Assembly (NCBI GenBank): GCA_964016885.1
Contig: OZ024741.1
Coordinates: 416,082,001-416,146,000, forward strand
Direction of reading: 5' to 3'
Source: Eledone cirrhosa
Lineage: Eukaryota
Length of the DNA: 64,000 bases
The position numbers and the translations under genes were made by a program. The notes beneath the pieces are model-generated. The model did no database searches. It was not told the origin of the DNA and saw only the letters and a program-made list of their open reading frames with translations. Shown here piece by piece: positions 43,301-54,010 of the stretch (positions within the stretch are counted from its first letter, which is position 1; every line of letters begins with the position of its first letter).

Positions 43301-46300
43301 TTATATTAACTGAGGTCCCTGTTATATTAACTGGGGTATGTTATATTAACTGGGGTCTCTGTTATATTAACTGGGGTCTCTGTTATATTAACTGGGGTCT
43401 CTGTTATATTAAATGGTGTCTCTGTTATATTAACTGGGGTCTCTGTTATATTAACTGGGGCCTCTGTTATATTAACTGGGGCCTCTGTTATATTAACTGG
43501 GGTCTCTGTTATATTAACTGAGGTCTCTGTTATATTAACTGGGTCTCTGTTATATTAACTGGGGTATGTTATATTAACTGGGGTCTCTGTTATATTAACT
43601 GAGGTCTCTATTATATTAACTGGGGCCTCTGTTATATTAACTGAGGTCTCTGTTATATTAACTGGGGTCTCTGTTATATTAACTGGGGTATGTTATATTA
43701 ACTGGGGTATGTTATATTAACTGGGGTCTCTGTTATATTAACTGGGGTCTCTGTTATATTAAATGGTGTCTCTGTTATATTAACTGGGGTCTCTGTTATA
43801 TTAACTGGGGCCTCTGTTATATTAACTGGGGCCTCTGTTATATTAACTGGGGCCTCTATTATATTAACTGGGGTCTCTGTTATATTAACTGGGGTCTCTG
43901 TTATATTAACTGGGGTCTGTTATATTAACTGAGATCTCTGTTATATTAACTGGGGTCTGTTATATTAACTGGGGTCTCTGTTATATTAACTGGGGTCTCT
44001 GTTATATTAACTGGGGTCTCTGTAATATTAACTGGGGTCTTGGTTATATTAACTGGGGCCTCTGTTATATTAACTGGGGTCTCTGTTATATTAACTGGGG
44101 TCTCTGTTATATTAACTGGGGCCTCTGTTATATTAACTGGGGTCTCGGTTATATTAACTGGGGCCTCTGTTATATTAACTGGGGTCTCTGTTATATTAAC
44201 TGGGGTCTCTGTTATATTAACTGGGGCATCTATTATATTAACTGGGGTCTCTGTTATATTAATTGGGGTCTCTGTTATATTAACTGGGGTCTGTTATCTT
44301 AACTGGGGTCTCTGTTATATTAACTGGGGTCTCTGTTATATTAACTGGGTTCTGTTATTAACTGGGGTCTCTATTATATTAACTGAGGTCTCTGTTATAT
44401 TAACTGGGGTCTGCTATATTAACTGGGGTCTCTGTTATTTTAACTGGGGTCTCTGTTATATTAACCGGGGTCTCTATTATATTAACTGGGGTCGCTGTTA
44501 TATTAACTGGGGTCTCTGTTATATTAACTGGGGTCTGTTATATTAACTGGGGTCTCTGTAATATTAACTGGGGTCTCTGTTATATTTACTGGGGTCTCTG
44601 TAATATTAACTGGGGCCTCTATTATATTACCTGGGTCCTCTGTTATATTAACTGGGGTCTCTATTATATTAACTGGGTTCTCTGTTATATTAACTGGGGT
44701 CTCTGTTATATTAACTGAGGTCTCTGTAATATTAACTGCGTTCTCTGTTATATTAACTGGGGCTTCTATTATATTAACTGGGTTCTCTGTTATATTAACT
44801 GGGGTCTCTGTTATATTAACTGGGGTCTCGGTTATATTAACTGGGGTCTCTGTTATATTAACTGAGGCCTCTGTTATATTAACTGGGGTCTCTATTATAT
44901 TAACTGGGGTCTCTGTTATATTAACTGGGGTCTCTGTTATATTAACTGGGGTCTGTTATCTTAACTGGGGTCTCTAACCGGGTTCTCTGTTATATTAACT
45001 GGGGTCTGTTATATTAACTGGGGCCTCTATTATATTAACTGAGGTCTCTGTTATATTAACTGTGGTCTCTGTTATATTAACTGGCGTACGTTATATTAAC
45101 TGGGGCCTCTGTAATATTAACTGGGGTATGTTATATTAACTGGGGTCTCTGTTATATTAACTGGGGTCTCTGTTATATTAACTGGGGTCTCTGTTATATT
45201 AACTGGGGCCTCTATTATATTAACTAAGGTCTCTGTTATATTAACTGGGGTATGTTATATTAACTGGGGTCTCTGTTATATTAACTGTGGTCTCTATTAT
45301 ATTAACTGGGGTCTCTGTTATATTTACTGGGGTCTCTATTATATTAACTGAGGTCTCTGTTATATTAACTGGGGTCTCTGTTATATTAACTGGGGTCTCT
45401 GTTATATTAACTGGGGTCTCTATTATATTAACTGGGGTCTCTGTTATATTAACTGGGGCCTCTGTTATATTAACTGGGGTCTCTGTTATATTAACTGGGG
45501 TATGTTATATTAACTGGGGTCTCTGTTATATTAACTGGGGTCTCTGTTATATTAACTGGGGTCTCTGTTATATTAACTGAGGTCCCTGTTATATTAACTG
45601 GGGTATGTTATATTAACTGGGGTCTCTGTTATATTAACTGGGGTCTCTGTTATATTAACTGGGGTCTGTGTTATATTAAATGGTGTCTCTGTTATATTAA
45701 CTGGGGTCTCTGTTATATTAACTGGGGCCTCTGTTATATTAACTGGGGCCTCTGTTATATTAACTGGGGTCTCTGTTATATTAACTGAGGTCTCTGTTAT
45801 AATAACTGGGTCTCTGTTATATTAACTGGGGTATGTTATATTAACTGGGGTCTCTGTTATATTAACTGGGGTCTCTATTATATTAACTGGGGCCTCTGTT
45901 ATATTAACTGGGGCCTCTGTTATATTAACTGGGGTATGTTATATTAACTGGGGTATGTTATATTAATTGGGGTCTCTGTTATATTAACTGGGGTCTCTGT
46001 TATATTAACTGGGGTCTCTGTTATATTAAATGGTGACTCTGTTATATTAACTGGGGTCTCTGTTATATTAACTGGGGCCTCTGTTATATTAACTGGGGCC
46101 TCTGTTATATTAACTGGGGCCTCTATTATATTAACTGGTGTCTCTGTTATATTAACTGGGGTCTCTGTTATATTAACTGGGGTCTGTTATATTAACTGAG
46201 ATCTCTGTTATATTAATTGGGGTCTGTTATATTAACTGGGGTCTCTGTTATATTAACTGGGGCCTCTATTATATTAACTGGGGTCTCTGTAATATTAACT

Positions 46301-47655
46301 GGGGTCTTGGTTATATTAACTGGGGCCTCTGTTATATTAACTGGGGTCTCTGTTATATTAACTGGGGTCTCTGTTATATTAACTGGGGCCTCTGTTATAT
46401 TAACTGGGGTCTCGGTTATATTAACTGGGGCCTCTGTTATATTAACTGGGGTCTCTGTTATATTAACTGGGGTCTCTGTTATATTAACTTGGGCATCTAT
46501 TATATTAACTGGGGTCTCTGTTATATTAATTGGGGTCTCTGTTATATTAACTGGGGTCTGTTATCTTAACTGGGGTCTCTGTTATATTAACTGGGGTCTC
46601 TGTTATATTAACTGGGTTCTGTTATTAACTGGGGCCTCTATTATATTAACTGAGGTCTCTGTTATATTAACTGGGGTCTGCTATATTAACTGGGGTCTCT
46701 GTTATATTAACTGGGGTCTCTGTTATATTAACCGGGGTCTCTATTATATTAACTGGGGTCGCTGTTATATTAACTGGGGTCTCTGTTAAATTAACTGGGG
46801 TCTGTTATATTAACTGGGGTCTGTTATATTAACTGGGGTCTCTGTTATATTAACTGGGGTCTCTGTTATATTAACTGGGGTCTCTGTTATATTAACTGGG
46901 ATCTCTGTTATATTAACTGGGGCCTCTGTTATATTAACTGGGATCTCTGTTATATTAACTGGGGTCTGTTATATTAACTGGGGTCTCTGTTATATTAACT
47001 GGGGTCTGTTATATTAACTGGGGTCTGTTATATTAACTGGGGTCTGTTATATTAACTGTGGCCTCTGTTATCTTAACTGGTGTCTCTGTTATATTAACTG
47101 GGATCTCTGTTATATTAACTGGGGTCTCTGTCATATTAACTGGTGTCTCTTTTATATTAACTGGAATCTCTGTTATATTAACTGGGGTTTCTGTTATATT
47201 AACTGGGGCCTCTATTATATTAACTGGGCTCTGTGTTATATTAACTGGGATCTCTGTTATATTAACTGGGGTCTCTGTTATATTAACTGGGATCTCTGTA
47301 ATATTAACTGGTGTCTCTGTTATATTAACTGGGGTCTCTGTTATATTAACTGGGGTCTCTGTTATATTAACTGGGGTCTCTGTTATATTAACTAGGGTCT
47401 GTTATATTAACTGGGGTCTCTGTTATATTAACTAGGGTCTCTGTTATATTAACTGGGTCTCTGTTATATTAACTGGGGTCTCTGTTATATTAACTGGGAT
47501 CTCTGTTATAATAACTGGGGTCTGTTATATTAACTGGGCTCTCTGTTATATTAACTGGAGTCTCTGTTATATTAACTGGGGTCTCTATTATTTTAACAGG
47601 GGTCTTTGTTATATTATCTGGGGTCTCTATTATATTAACAGGGGCCTCTGTTATG
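7339..47655. repeat. 21-bp satellite array, main block (about 40 kb) with higher-order structure
   Basis: Same monomer throughout; identical strings of variant monomers recur at kb-scale offsets; monomers degenerate over the last ~250 bp. Confidence 0.99.
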
Positions 47656-47721
47656 TTTATTTGTTGTCATGGCTTCGGTTGCTTTTCACAGTTTGTGCTC
47701 CCATTGATTCAGTTAACGGAC

Positions 47722-47945
47722 AGAACAGCCTGCTCACAAAATTAACATGTAAGTGTCTGAGCATTCCACAGGTATGCAGCACCTGCCCTTAACGTAGTTC
47801 TCAAGGGGATTCAGTATGACACAGTGTGACAACCCTGCCCCAACCTTCTTTCCACCCTCTTTCAATTACAGGTACAACTCATTTTTGCCAACTAAGTGGA
47901 CTGGAGCAACATGAAATAAAGTATCTTGCTTAAGGTCACGAGGCA
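47722..47945 (-). mobile_element. SINE body fragment (mollusc-type tRNA SINE, Nin/Deu-like central region)
   Basis: Matches the fragment at 53505-53563 (AACAGCCT.CTCA.AAAATTA.CATG.AAGTG.CTGAGCATTCCACAGG); family assignment is from recalled similarity only. Confidence 0.6.
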
Positions 47946-47989
47946 CCACCCTGTCTAAGAATCAAACTTTCCTGATGATTTCATACGAA

Positions 47990-48854
47990 TGAAACAGTTC
48001 CAGTCCTGTAGAAGTCATTTCTATAATAAAATAAAGATGCCTACACTCTACCAACGTATTGAGTACTTTTTTTAACTGTGGTCGCCTCCCGGTACCCATC
48101 AGTTCTGGAGAGCTAGAAGCTGATATGTCAGGGGTGACGTGATTGTGGAAATTGTAACTCATCCATTCTTGGATCATCTTGACCTTATGAGATGGTGCAG
48201 AGTCTTGTTGGGTGTCCAGTCTTCCTTTGCTCATGCTCTCTATCCAAGGCCTCACAACCTCTCCAACATCCTATAGTCAGTAGCATTGACCCTTAAGCCC
48301 TGATGAAAGAAGTGATGAGTCATGACACCTCCCTCATTACTCACAACTCCCAGAACCACCACAGTTATCACAAACTTTGTATACATAACAGTTGGAATGT
48401 CTCTAGGGTCTCCTTTAACCATCTGTCATTCCTTCAGTTGATCTTTTGCTACTGATCAAAGTTGTTCTCCTCATAGAAAAACCAGAACATTAAGACTCTT
48501 GATGTTTCAACTTCCTTAACAAATACTTTATATAGATCATATGGTTATCTTTTGTCTTTAAAGACATGGATTCACCTCACTACATCACATATGGCTTGTA
48601 TCAAAGGTCGTCATACACAATTTATCCTATAGTATACTTTCCTTAACAATGGCAGTAATTGATTTTCCGGGGTTCTTATCGTTAATTTTTTGTACCTTTT
48701 GTACATATTTGGGTGTTCTGATGGTATTAGGACCCTTAGCAGGGGTTTACGTTTCGCTACTGTTGTGGATCTCCATCAGTGGCTTGCTGCTCTTTGTTAA
48801 CTGACCACAAACAACCCTACAACTATCAGAGAGCGAGCAATCTCTAAATCACAA
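47990..48854 (-). mobile_element. Decayed Tc1/mariner (maT-like) transposase remnant
   Basis: Minus-strand fragments NFDQ..KIN.RNDRWL, VLGVVSNEGGVMTHHFFHQGLRVNA, PWIESMSKGR..QQDSAPSHK..IQEWMSYNFHNHVTPDI..SSPEL resemble the DDD catalytic region; many stops and frameshifts; TIRs not found. Confidence 0.8.
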
Positions 48855-49013
48855 TGACCCTTAAGCCCTGATGAAAGAAGTGATAAGTCATGACACCTCC
48901 CTCGTCACAATGCTCTACCTTATATATATATATATTGAATAATTGGCATCTCTCCCTCTCTCTCCCAATATGTGTGTGTGTGTATATAGATATATATGCA
49001 TATATGTGTATGT

Positions 49014-49136
49014 CTAGGGTGAGTAAAATTCCCGAGATCCATGGACGAGTTCTCTCCAGCGGTCTCTGTCTCTCATTATTGCTGCCATGTCCTGCGTCTC
49101 CAACAGACCAGTGTCTGTCCTTCGGGCATCAACATA
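49014..49136 (-). mobile_element. RTE-type LINE extreme 3' fragment within a microsatellite
   Basis: Translates YVDARRTDTGLLETQDMAAIMRDRDRWRELVHGSREFYSP*, resembling RTE C-termini (M.DR..WR). Confidence 0.6.
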
Positions 49137-49518
49137 TGTGTGTAAATATATATAGAGAGAGGATGTGTGTAAATATATATAGAGAAAGAGTGTGTGTGTG
49201 TGTAAATATATATAGAGAGAGGATGTGTGTGTGTGTAAATATATATAGAGAGAGGTGTGTGTGTGTAAATATATATATAGAGAAAGGGTGCGTGTGTGTG
49301 TAAATATATATAGAGAGTGTGTGTGTGTGTGTAAATATATAGAGAGAGAGGGTGTGTGTGTGTGTGTAAATATATACAGAGAGGATGTGTGTGTGTAAAT
49401 ATATATATAGAGAGAGGATGTGTGTGTGTAAATATATATACAGAGAGAAGGTGTGTGTGTGTATATATAGAGAGAGGGTGTGTGTGTGTAAATATATATA
49501 GAGAGAGGGTGTGTGTGT
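49137..49518. repeat. Compound minisatellite [(TG)n TAAA (TA)n (GA)n GG], about 30-bp units
   Basis: About a dozen tandem units, each built from three dinucleotide runs. Confidence 0.9.
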
Positions 49519-49711
49519 TTACAATTCCTTCACAGACCTGAACTGGGACAAGACAACATTGTCAACATCAGCGACAATGATGACATTTTTAAAAACCGGT
49601 TTTTAATCACATTTGGACCTCTCTCTACATATATACACCCTCTTAGGGTGTATATATGTAGAGGGTGTATATTAATAATAATAAACACAGCATAACTTCT
49701 CATTTACCCAG

Positions 49712-49813
49712 AGCTAACCTCGGCGGGATTTGAACTTTGAACGTAGAGGGACATAACTCTATGTCACAAAGCATGTTGTCCGACGCTCTACCGAGTCTGC
49801 CAATCCACCGCCC
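49712..49813 (-). mobile_element. tRNA-derived SINE 5' head
   Basis: Minus strand GGCGGTGGATTGGCAGACTCGG (A box) ... GTTCAAATCCCGCCGAGGTTA (B box); homologous to 53880-53973. Confidence 0.85.
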
Positions 49814-50335
49814 TTTTAGTAATAATAAAAAGAAAGGGATAAAGATAGACTTTCCACGTGACTTTGTTGTGATTTTACCGCCGAATATTGTGACAAGAGA
49901 AGGTATGTTCGTTAAAATGGATAGTTTAACACAGATACAGAGATATAGGTCCATATCGTGTTCACAGTAACGTGTATATATAGAGAGAAAGGGTCCGTAG
50001 TGTTAAAAAGAAATGTTAGTCTTTACTGGAGCATTACTGAGTGTGTGGGAAAGAACACACACGCAATGAAACTTTGTTTACACTATATAGTTTTCCAATT
50101 TTTATTATACAAAACATATAAATAAATTTACAGTAGAATAACATAACAAATATGTTTTAAATATATACATAAATAACATTACACATGCTTAGATAACATT
50201 ATAAATTGCTCGCGATTCTTTCAGAAAGATATATTCCTTTAATGCTGCAATATTAAAGAAAATGTAAAGGAAGGGGTGAACAACGGAGCCAACACCAGAG
50301 CAAAAGACAGCAACGAGGAGTATCGGGCAACCTCT

Positions 50336-50520
50336 CTAATGATTTCTGAGGCAAGCCAGCACACTAGCAGTGTTACCTCGGGTGATGGCGAGGCTGAGGC
50401 GCTGTAACAACCAAGCGCCCTCGCGAGATTCGCCAGTTACCTCTATTAAAAATGTATATATGATGTATACTAACTCAGACAGAGCCAAAACTGGGCCCTC
50501 TATTTTGCGGTCTTTATTCA
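50336..50520 (-). mobile_element. CRE-clade-like (restriction-like endonuclease) non-LTR retrotransposon C-terminal fragment
   Basis: EVTGESREGAWLLQRLSLAITRGNTASVLAC resembles the conserved end of CRE-type ORFs (TGD.RE..FL.QRLS.A..RGNA..V); recognised by motif memory. Confidence 0.55.
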
Positions 50521-50680
50521 CAAGGAGTTTACACAGGTCCATCGTAAAGGATGGGGGGGGGGGGGTATGATAGCTCCGCACTCCCACCTTTTTTTTTTTC
50601 ATGGTACACCATGAAATTTAGAAAACTTTACGGTGATTTTTTATTCCAAAATTGTCTGAATTATTGGGAATTATAGTGAA

Positions 50681-50762
50681 GGAATATGGCTTAGTGGCTA
50701 GAGAATTGAATTCGCAATCGTGAGGTTGTGAGTTCGATTCTGGAATTGAGCGATGTGTTATG
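50681..50762 (+). mobile_element. tRNA-derived SINE head (second family), truncated by the CR1 tail
   Basis: A box TGGCTTAGTGG and B box GAGTTCGATTC at tRNA-like spacing; no complete cloverleaf. Confidence 0.7.
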
Positions 50763-50852
50763 TTAATAATAATAATAATGAAATTATTGTGTACAGTACT
50801 CAGGTGCACTACAACTCATCAAAGGGGCATGTATAGTACATAGAATAATAAT

Positions 50853-50961
50853 TGTTTCTACTTTTGGCACAAGGCCAGCAATTACCCAGTGCAGTACTGG
50901 TACTTTATTCTATTGACCTCAGAAGGATGAAAGGCAAAGTTAACCTCGGCGGGATTTGAAC
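50853..50961 (-). mobile_element. 5'-truncated SINE nested in the CR1 3' UTR, flanked by a target-site duplication
   Basis: Direct repeat ATAGTACATAGAATAATAAT at 50833-50852 and 50962-50981; body homologous to 53789-53900. Confidence 0.88.
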
Positions 50962-51086
50962 ATAGTACATAGAATAATAATATAGAAATATCAGGGAAGT
51001 GAATAGTGTATGAGTCCTGATATACATGTGTGCGTGTGTATGGAGGGAGAGTATTAGGTGTAGTGATGGCGAATCTCAGGAAGCAG

Positions 51087-52062
51087 GGAGGTTTTAAAGG
51101 ATGCAGTGTCTCGACAGCTGACAACTGATGCAGGTAGTTTGTTCCATGGAGGTTTTAAAGGATGCAGTGTCTCGACAGCTAACAACTGATGCAGGGAGTT
51201 TGTTCCATGGAGGTTTTAAAGGATGCAGTGTCTCGACAGCTGACAACTGATGCAGGTAGTTTGTTCCATGGAGGTTTTAAAGGATGCAGTGTCTCGACAG
51301 CTAACAACTGATGCAGGTAGTTTGTTCCATGGAGGTTTTAAAGGATGCAGTGTCTCGACAGCTAACAACTGATGCAGGTAGTTTGTTCCATGGAGGTTTT
51401 AAAGGATGCAGTGTCTCGACAGCTAACAACTGATGCAGGTAGTTTGTTCCATGGAGGTTTTAAAGGATGCAGTGTCTCGACAGCTAACAACTGATGCAGG
51501 TAGTTTGTTCCATGGAGGTTTTAAAGGATGCAGTGTCTCGACAGCTAACAACTGATGTAGGTAGTTTGTTCCATGGAGGTTTTAAAGGATGCAGTGTCTC
51601 GACAGCTAACAACTGATGAAGGTAGTTTGTTCCATGGAGGTTTTAAAGGATGCAGTGTCTCGACAGCTAACAACTGATGCAGGTAGTTTGTTCCATGGAG
51701 GTTTTAAAGGATGCAGTGTCTCGACAGCTGACAACTGATGCAGGGAGTTTGTTCCATGGAGGTTTTAAAGGATGCAGTGTCTCGACAGCTGACAACTGAT
51801 GCAGGTAGTTTGTTCCATGGAGGTTTTAAAGGATGCAGTGTCTCGACAGCTAACAACTGATGCAGGTAGTTTGTTCCATGGAGGTTTTAAAGGATGCAGT
51901 GTCTCGACAGCTGACAACTGATGCAGGGAGTTTGTTCCATGGAGGTTTTAAAGGATGCAGTGTCTCGACAGTTAACAACTGATGCAGGTAGTTTGTTCCA
52001 TGGAGGTTTTAAAGGATGCAGTGTCTCGACAGTTAACAACTGATGCAGGGAGTTTGTTCCAT
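51087..52062. repeat. Tandem array, 16 x 61 bp, derived from the CR1 ORF2 end
   Basis: Unit GGAGGTTTTAAAGGATGCAGTGTCTCGACAGCT(A/G)ACAACTGATGCAGG(T/G)AGTTTGTTCCAT; 976 bp = 16 x 61. Confidence 0.97.
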
Positions 52063-52387
52063 GCTTCAGCAACTCTGAGCGTGAAAAAATGTTTCCAAAA
52101 GTCATGGGAGCTGTGCTGTTTTCTGACTTTGTTGGCATGCCCACGTGTGTTAGACACACAGAAATCAAAAAGGTACTCAGGGGTACTCAGGGTTAGCAAG
52201 ATGGTTAAATAAGACACTTTATTTATGCAAGGAGTATTAGCGGGGGAAAGACCATTGGAAACATTGTTTCCTTGGTCCGATTTGATAAGTTCCAACTGTC
52301 TCAGTAAGTGAATGAGGTCTGGGGTCTTGTTGATCGAAACAAGAGTGTCCATCTAGAACGCTCTGATCCCCCACTTATTCCAACACG

Positions 52388-52696
52388 CACCAACCCACAA
52401 AATCCTGAGCACCAACTAAACCCCGAGCACCCCACCCCACCTATCAAACCCTTAGCACCCCCTACCTACCAAACCCCAAGCGCCATCACCCCACCTATCA
52501 AACCCCGAGCACCCCTCACCAACCAAACCCCAAGCACCCCCACCCCACCTACCAAACCCTTAGCACCCCCTACCTACCAAACCCCGAGCACCATCATCCC
52601 ACCTACCAAACCTCGAGCACCATCACCCCACCTACCAAACCTCGAGCACCCCCACCAACCAAACTTGAGCACTCCCCACCTAGCAAACCCCGAGCA
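52388..52696. repeat. Degenerate C-rich minisatellite (CCACCTACCAAACCCCGAGCACC-like)
   Basis: About 10 imperfect units of 25-30 bp; G-run rich on the minus strand. Confidence 0.8.
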
Positions 52697-52988
52697 TCAT
52701 AGCCACGCGCTGTGCCTAAACTTAATAATGTTTTATTCTGTGACATTGACCAAGTTTAATGTTTTAACATGTCTATTATGCATGACTGTGTGAGAGGGGT
52801 GAAAGTTCATTGTAAAGTATGTCACCACCCTCGCATGTGTTCTCTCCTGACCGAACTAATAGATCAATACTGATCTAGAGCTGATATCTACAACAACATA
52901 CTCTTATCTACTTCTCATGTCACTTTATAGAACTTATTTCGATATATATTTCAATTGGAAGATTTTTCCATAATAATTAGCATCTCAC

Positions 52989-53027
52989 TCTCTCTCTATA
53001 TATATATATATGTATGTGTGTGTGCAC

Positions 53028-53070
<43 letters not shown>

Positions 53071-53167
53071 CACATATATATATGTGTGTATGCATATATA
53101 TATATGTGTCTGCACATATATATATATATGTGTGTGTGTGCACATATATATATATGTGTGTGTGCAC

Positions 53168-53199
<32 letters not shown>

Positions 53200-53447
53200 A
53201 CACATATATATATATATGTGTGTGTGCACATATATATATATGTGTGTGTGCACATATATATATGTGTGTGCACTTATATATATATATATATAATGTATGT
53301 ATACATATGTGTGTTTGTGTGTATATATATATGTGTTTGTGTGTGAGTGTTATATATATATATAGGCATACACATGTATAATACATACCTGCTTAGAAAC
53401 TACATACACACACACACACACACATACACACGTATACACACACACAC
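52989..53447. repeat. Compound (TA)n/(TG)n/(CA)n microsatellite
   Basis: Direct inspection. Confidence 0.95.
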
Positions 53448-53788
53448 GTTTGTGTTGGACTGCCGTTGGTTCTGACGGTAAGTCTTCCAATTTATGTGAT
53501 CAAAGAAACAGCCTACTCATAAAATTAGCATGCAAGTGGCTGAGCATTCCACAGGCATGTGTGTATAACTGGTATAAAATTTGATGTTTGTTTATCAAAT
53601 GTGTAAATGGTATATGTGATTTAATAGGTGTTGGTCAGTCTAAGCAAACAATTTCTGCTTTCACCCCAAAACAGGATCTTCTGAAACTTCAGAGAGACAG
53701 CAAAAATATGGAAGTTTTAAAAACAAAACTAGTTTCGCTCTAACATAGATACATAAATGGATTTGTGAGTTTTATATTGGATAATAAT

Positions 53789-53973
53789 TGTTTCTACTTT
53801 TAGCACAAGGCCAGCAATTATCCCAGTGTATTACTGGTACTTTATTTTATCGACCCTGTAATGATGAAAGACAAAGTTAACCTCGACGGGATTTGAACTC
53901 AGATCATAAAGAGACGTAACTATGCTGGAAAGCATGGCGTCCGACCCTCTACCGATACTGCCAATCCACCGCC
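53789..53973 (-). mobile_element. Full-length tRNA-derived SINE (Meta-domain-like core)
   Basis: A box TGGCAGTATCGG, B box GTTCAAATCC, core TTTG.CTTTCATC.TTAC.GGGTCGATAAAATAAAGTACCAG, 3' end AGAAACAATTATT. Confidence 0.88.
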
Positions 53974-54010
53974 AAATATTTATTGGATAATATTTATATT
54001 GGATAATAAT

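Larger units (their letters stand above)
50764..52185 (-). mobile_element. 5'-truncated CR1/L2-group LINE: ORF2 C-terminus, 3' UTR and (ATT)n tail, with a nested SINE and an internal tandem expansion
   Basis: TRGHANKVRK..HFFTLRVAEAWNKLPASVVNCRDTASFKTS is the CR1-type terminal motif (TRGH..FF..RV...WN.LP..VV....F K); stop TAA at 51054-51056; (AAT)n at 50764-50779. Confidence 0.85.

Noticed and set aside
1132-47435. Dozens of ORFs encoding (GVSVILT)n, (WGLCYIN)n or mucin-like (ETPVNIT)n with N-I-T sequons
   Set aside because: A consequence of a 21-bp unit being a multiple of three. Frequent 19-bp and 20-bp monomers shift frame into stops, and there is no splice or start context and no unique flanking domain.
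1-47655. CRISPR-like or telomeric array
   Set aside because: No unique spacers, no cas genes, eukaryotic context; the unit is not a TTAGGG-type telomere repeat and is flanked by ordinary interspersed repeats.
48298-48330. Other CTGATGA words (about 6344, 48300, 60617, 61337) as hammerhead cores
   Set aside because: No helix II followed by GAAA and no NUH with helix I pairing.
49820-49910. Possible GLOD5 promoter or first exon (CCACGTGAC E-box, AAG|GTATGT donor); also a candidate UTR exon ending at GTGAGT near 53765
   Set aside because: Short motifs that occur by chance; cannot be supported without transcript data.
50681-50762. Possible tRNA gene
   Set aside because: Has A and B boxes but no paired acceptor stem or terminator; better explained as a SINE head.
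52200-52793. Protein-like ORF parts (MDTLVSINKTPDLIHLLRQLELIK; Pro/Thr-rich 161 aa)
   Set aside because: No recognisable family. The first is fused by chance to the CR1 frame and the second is the C-rich minisatellite.
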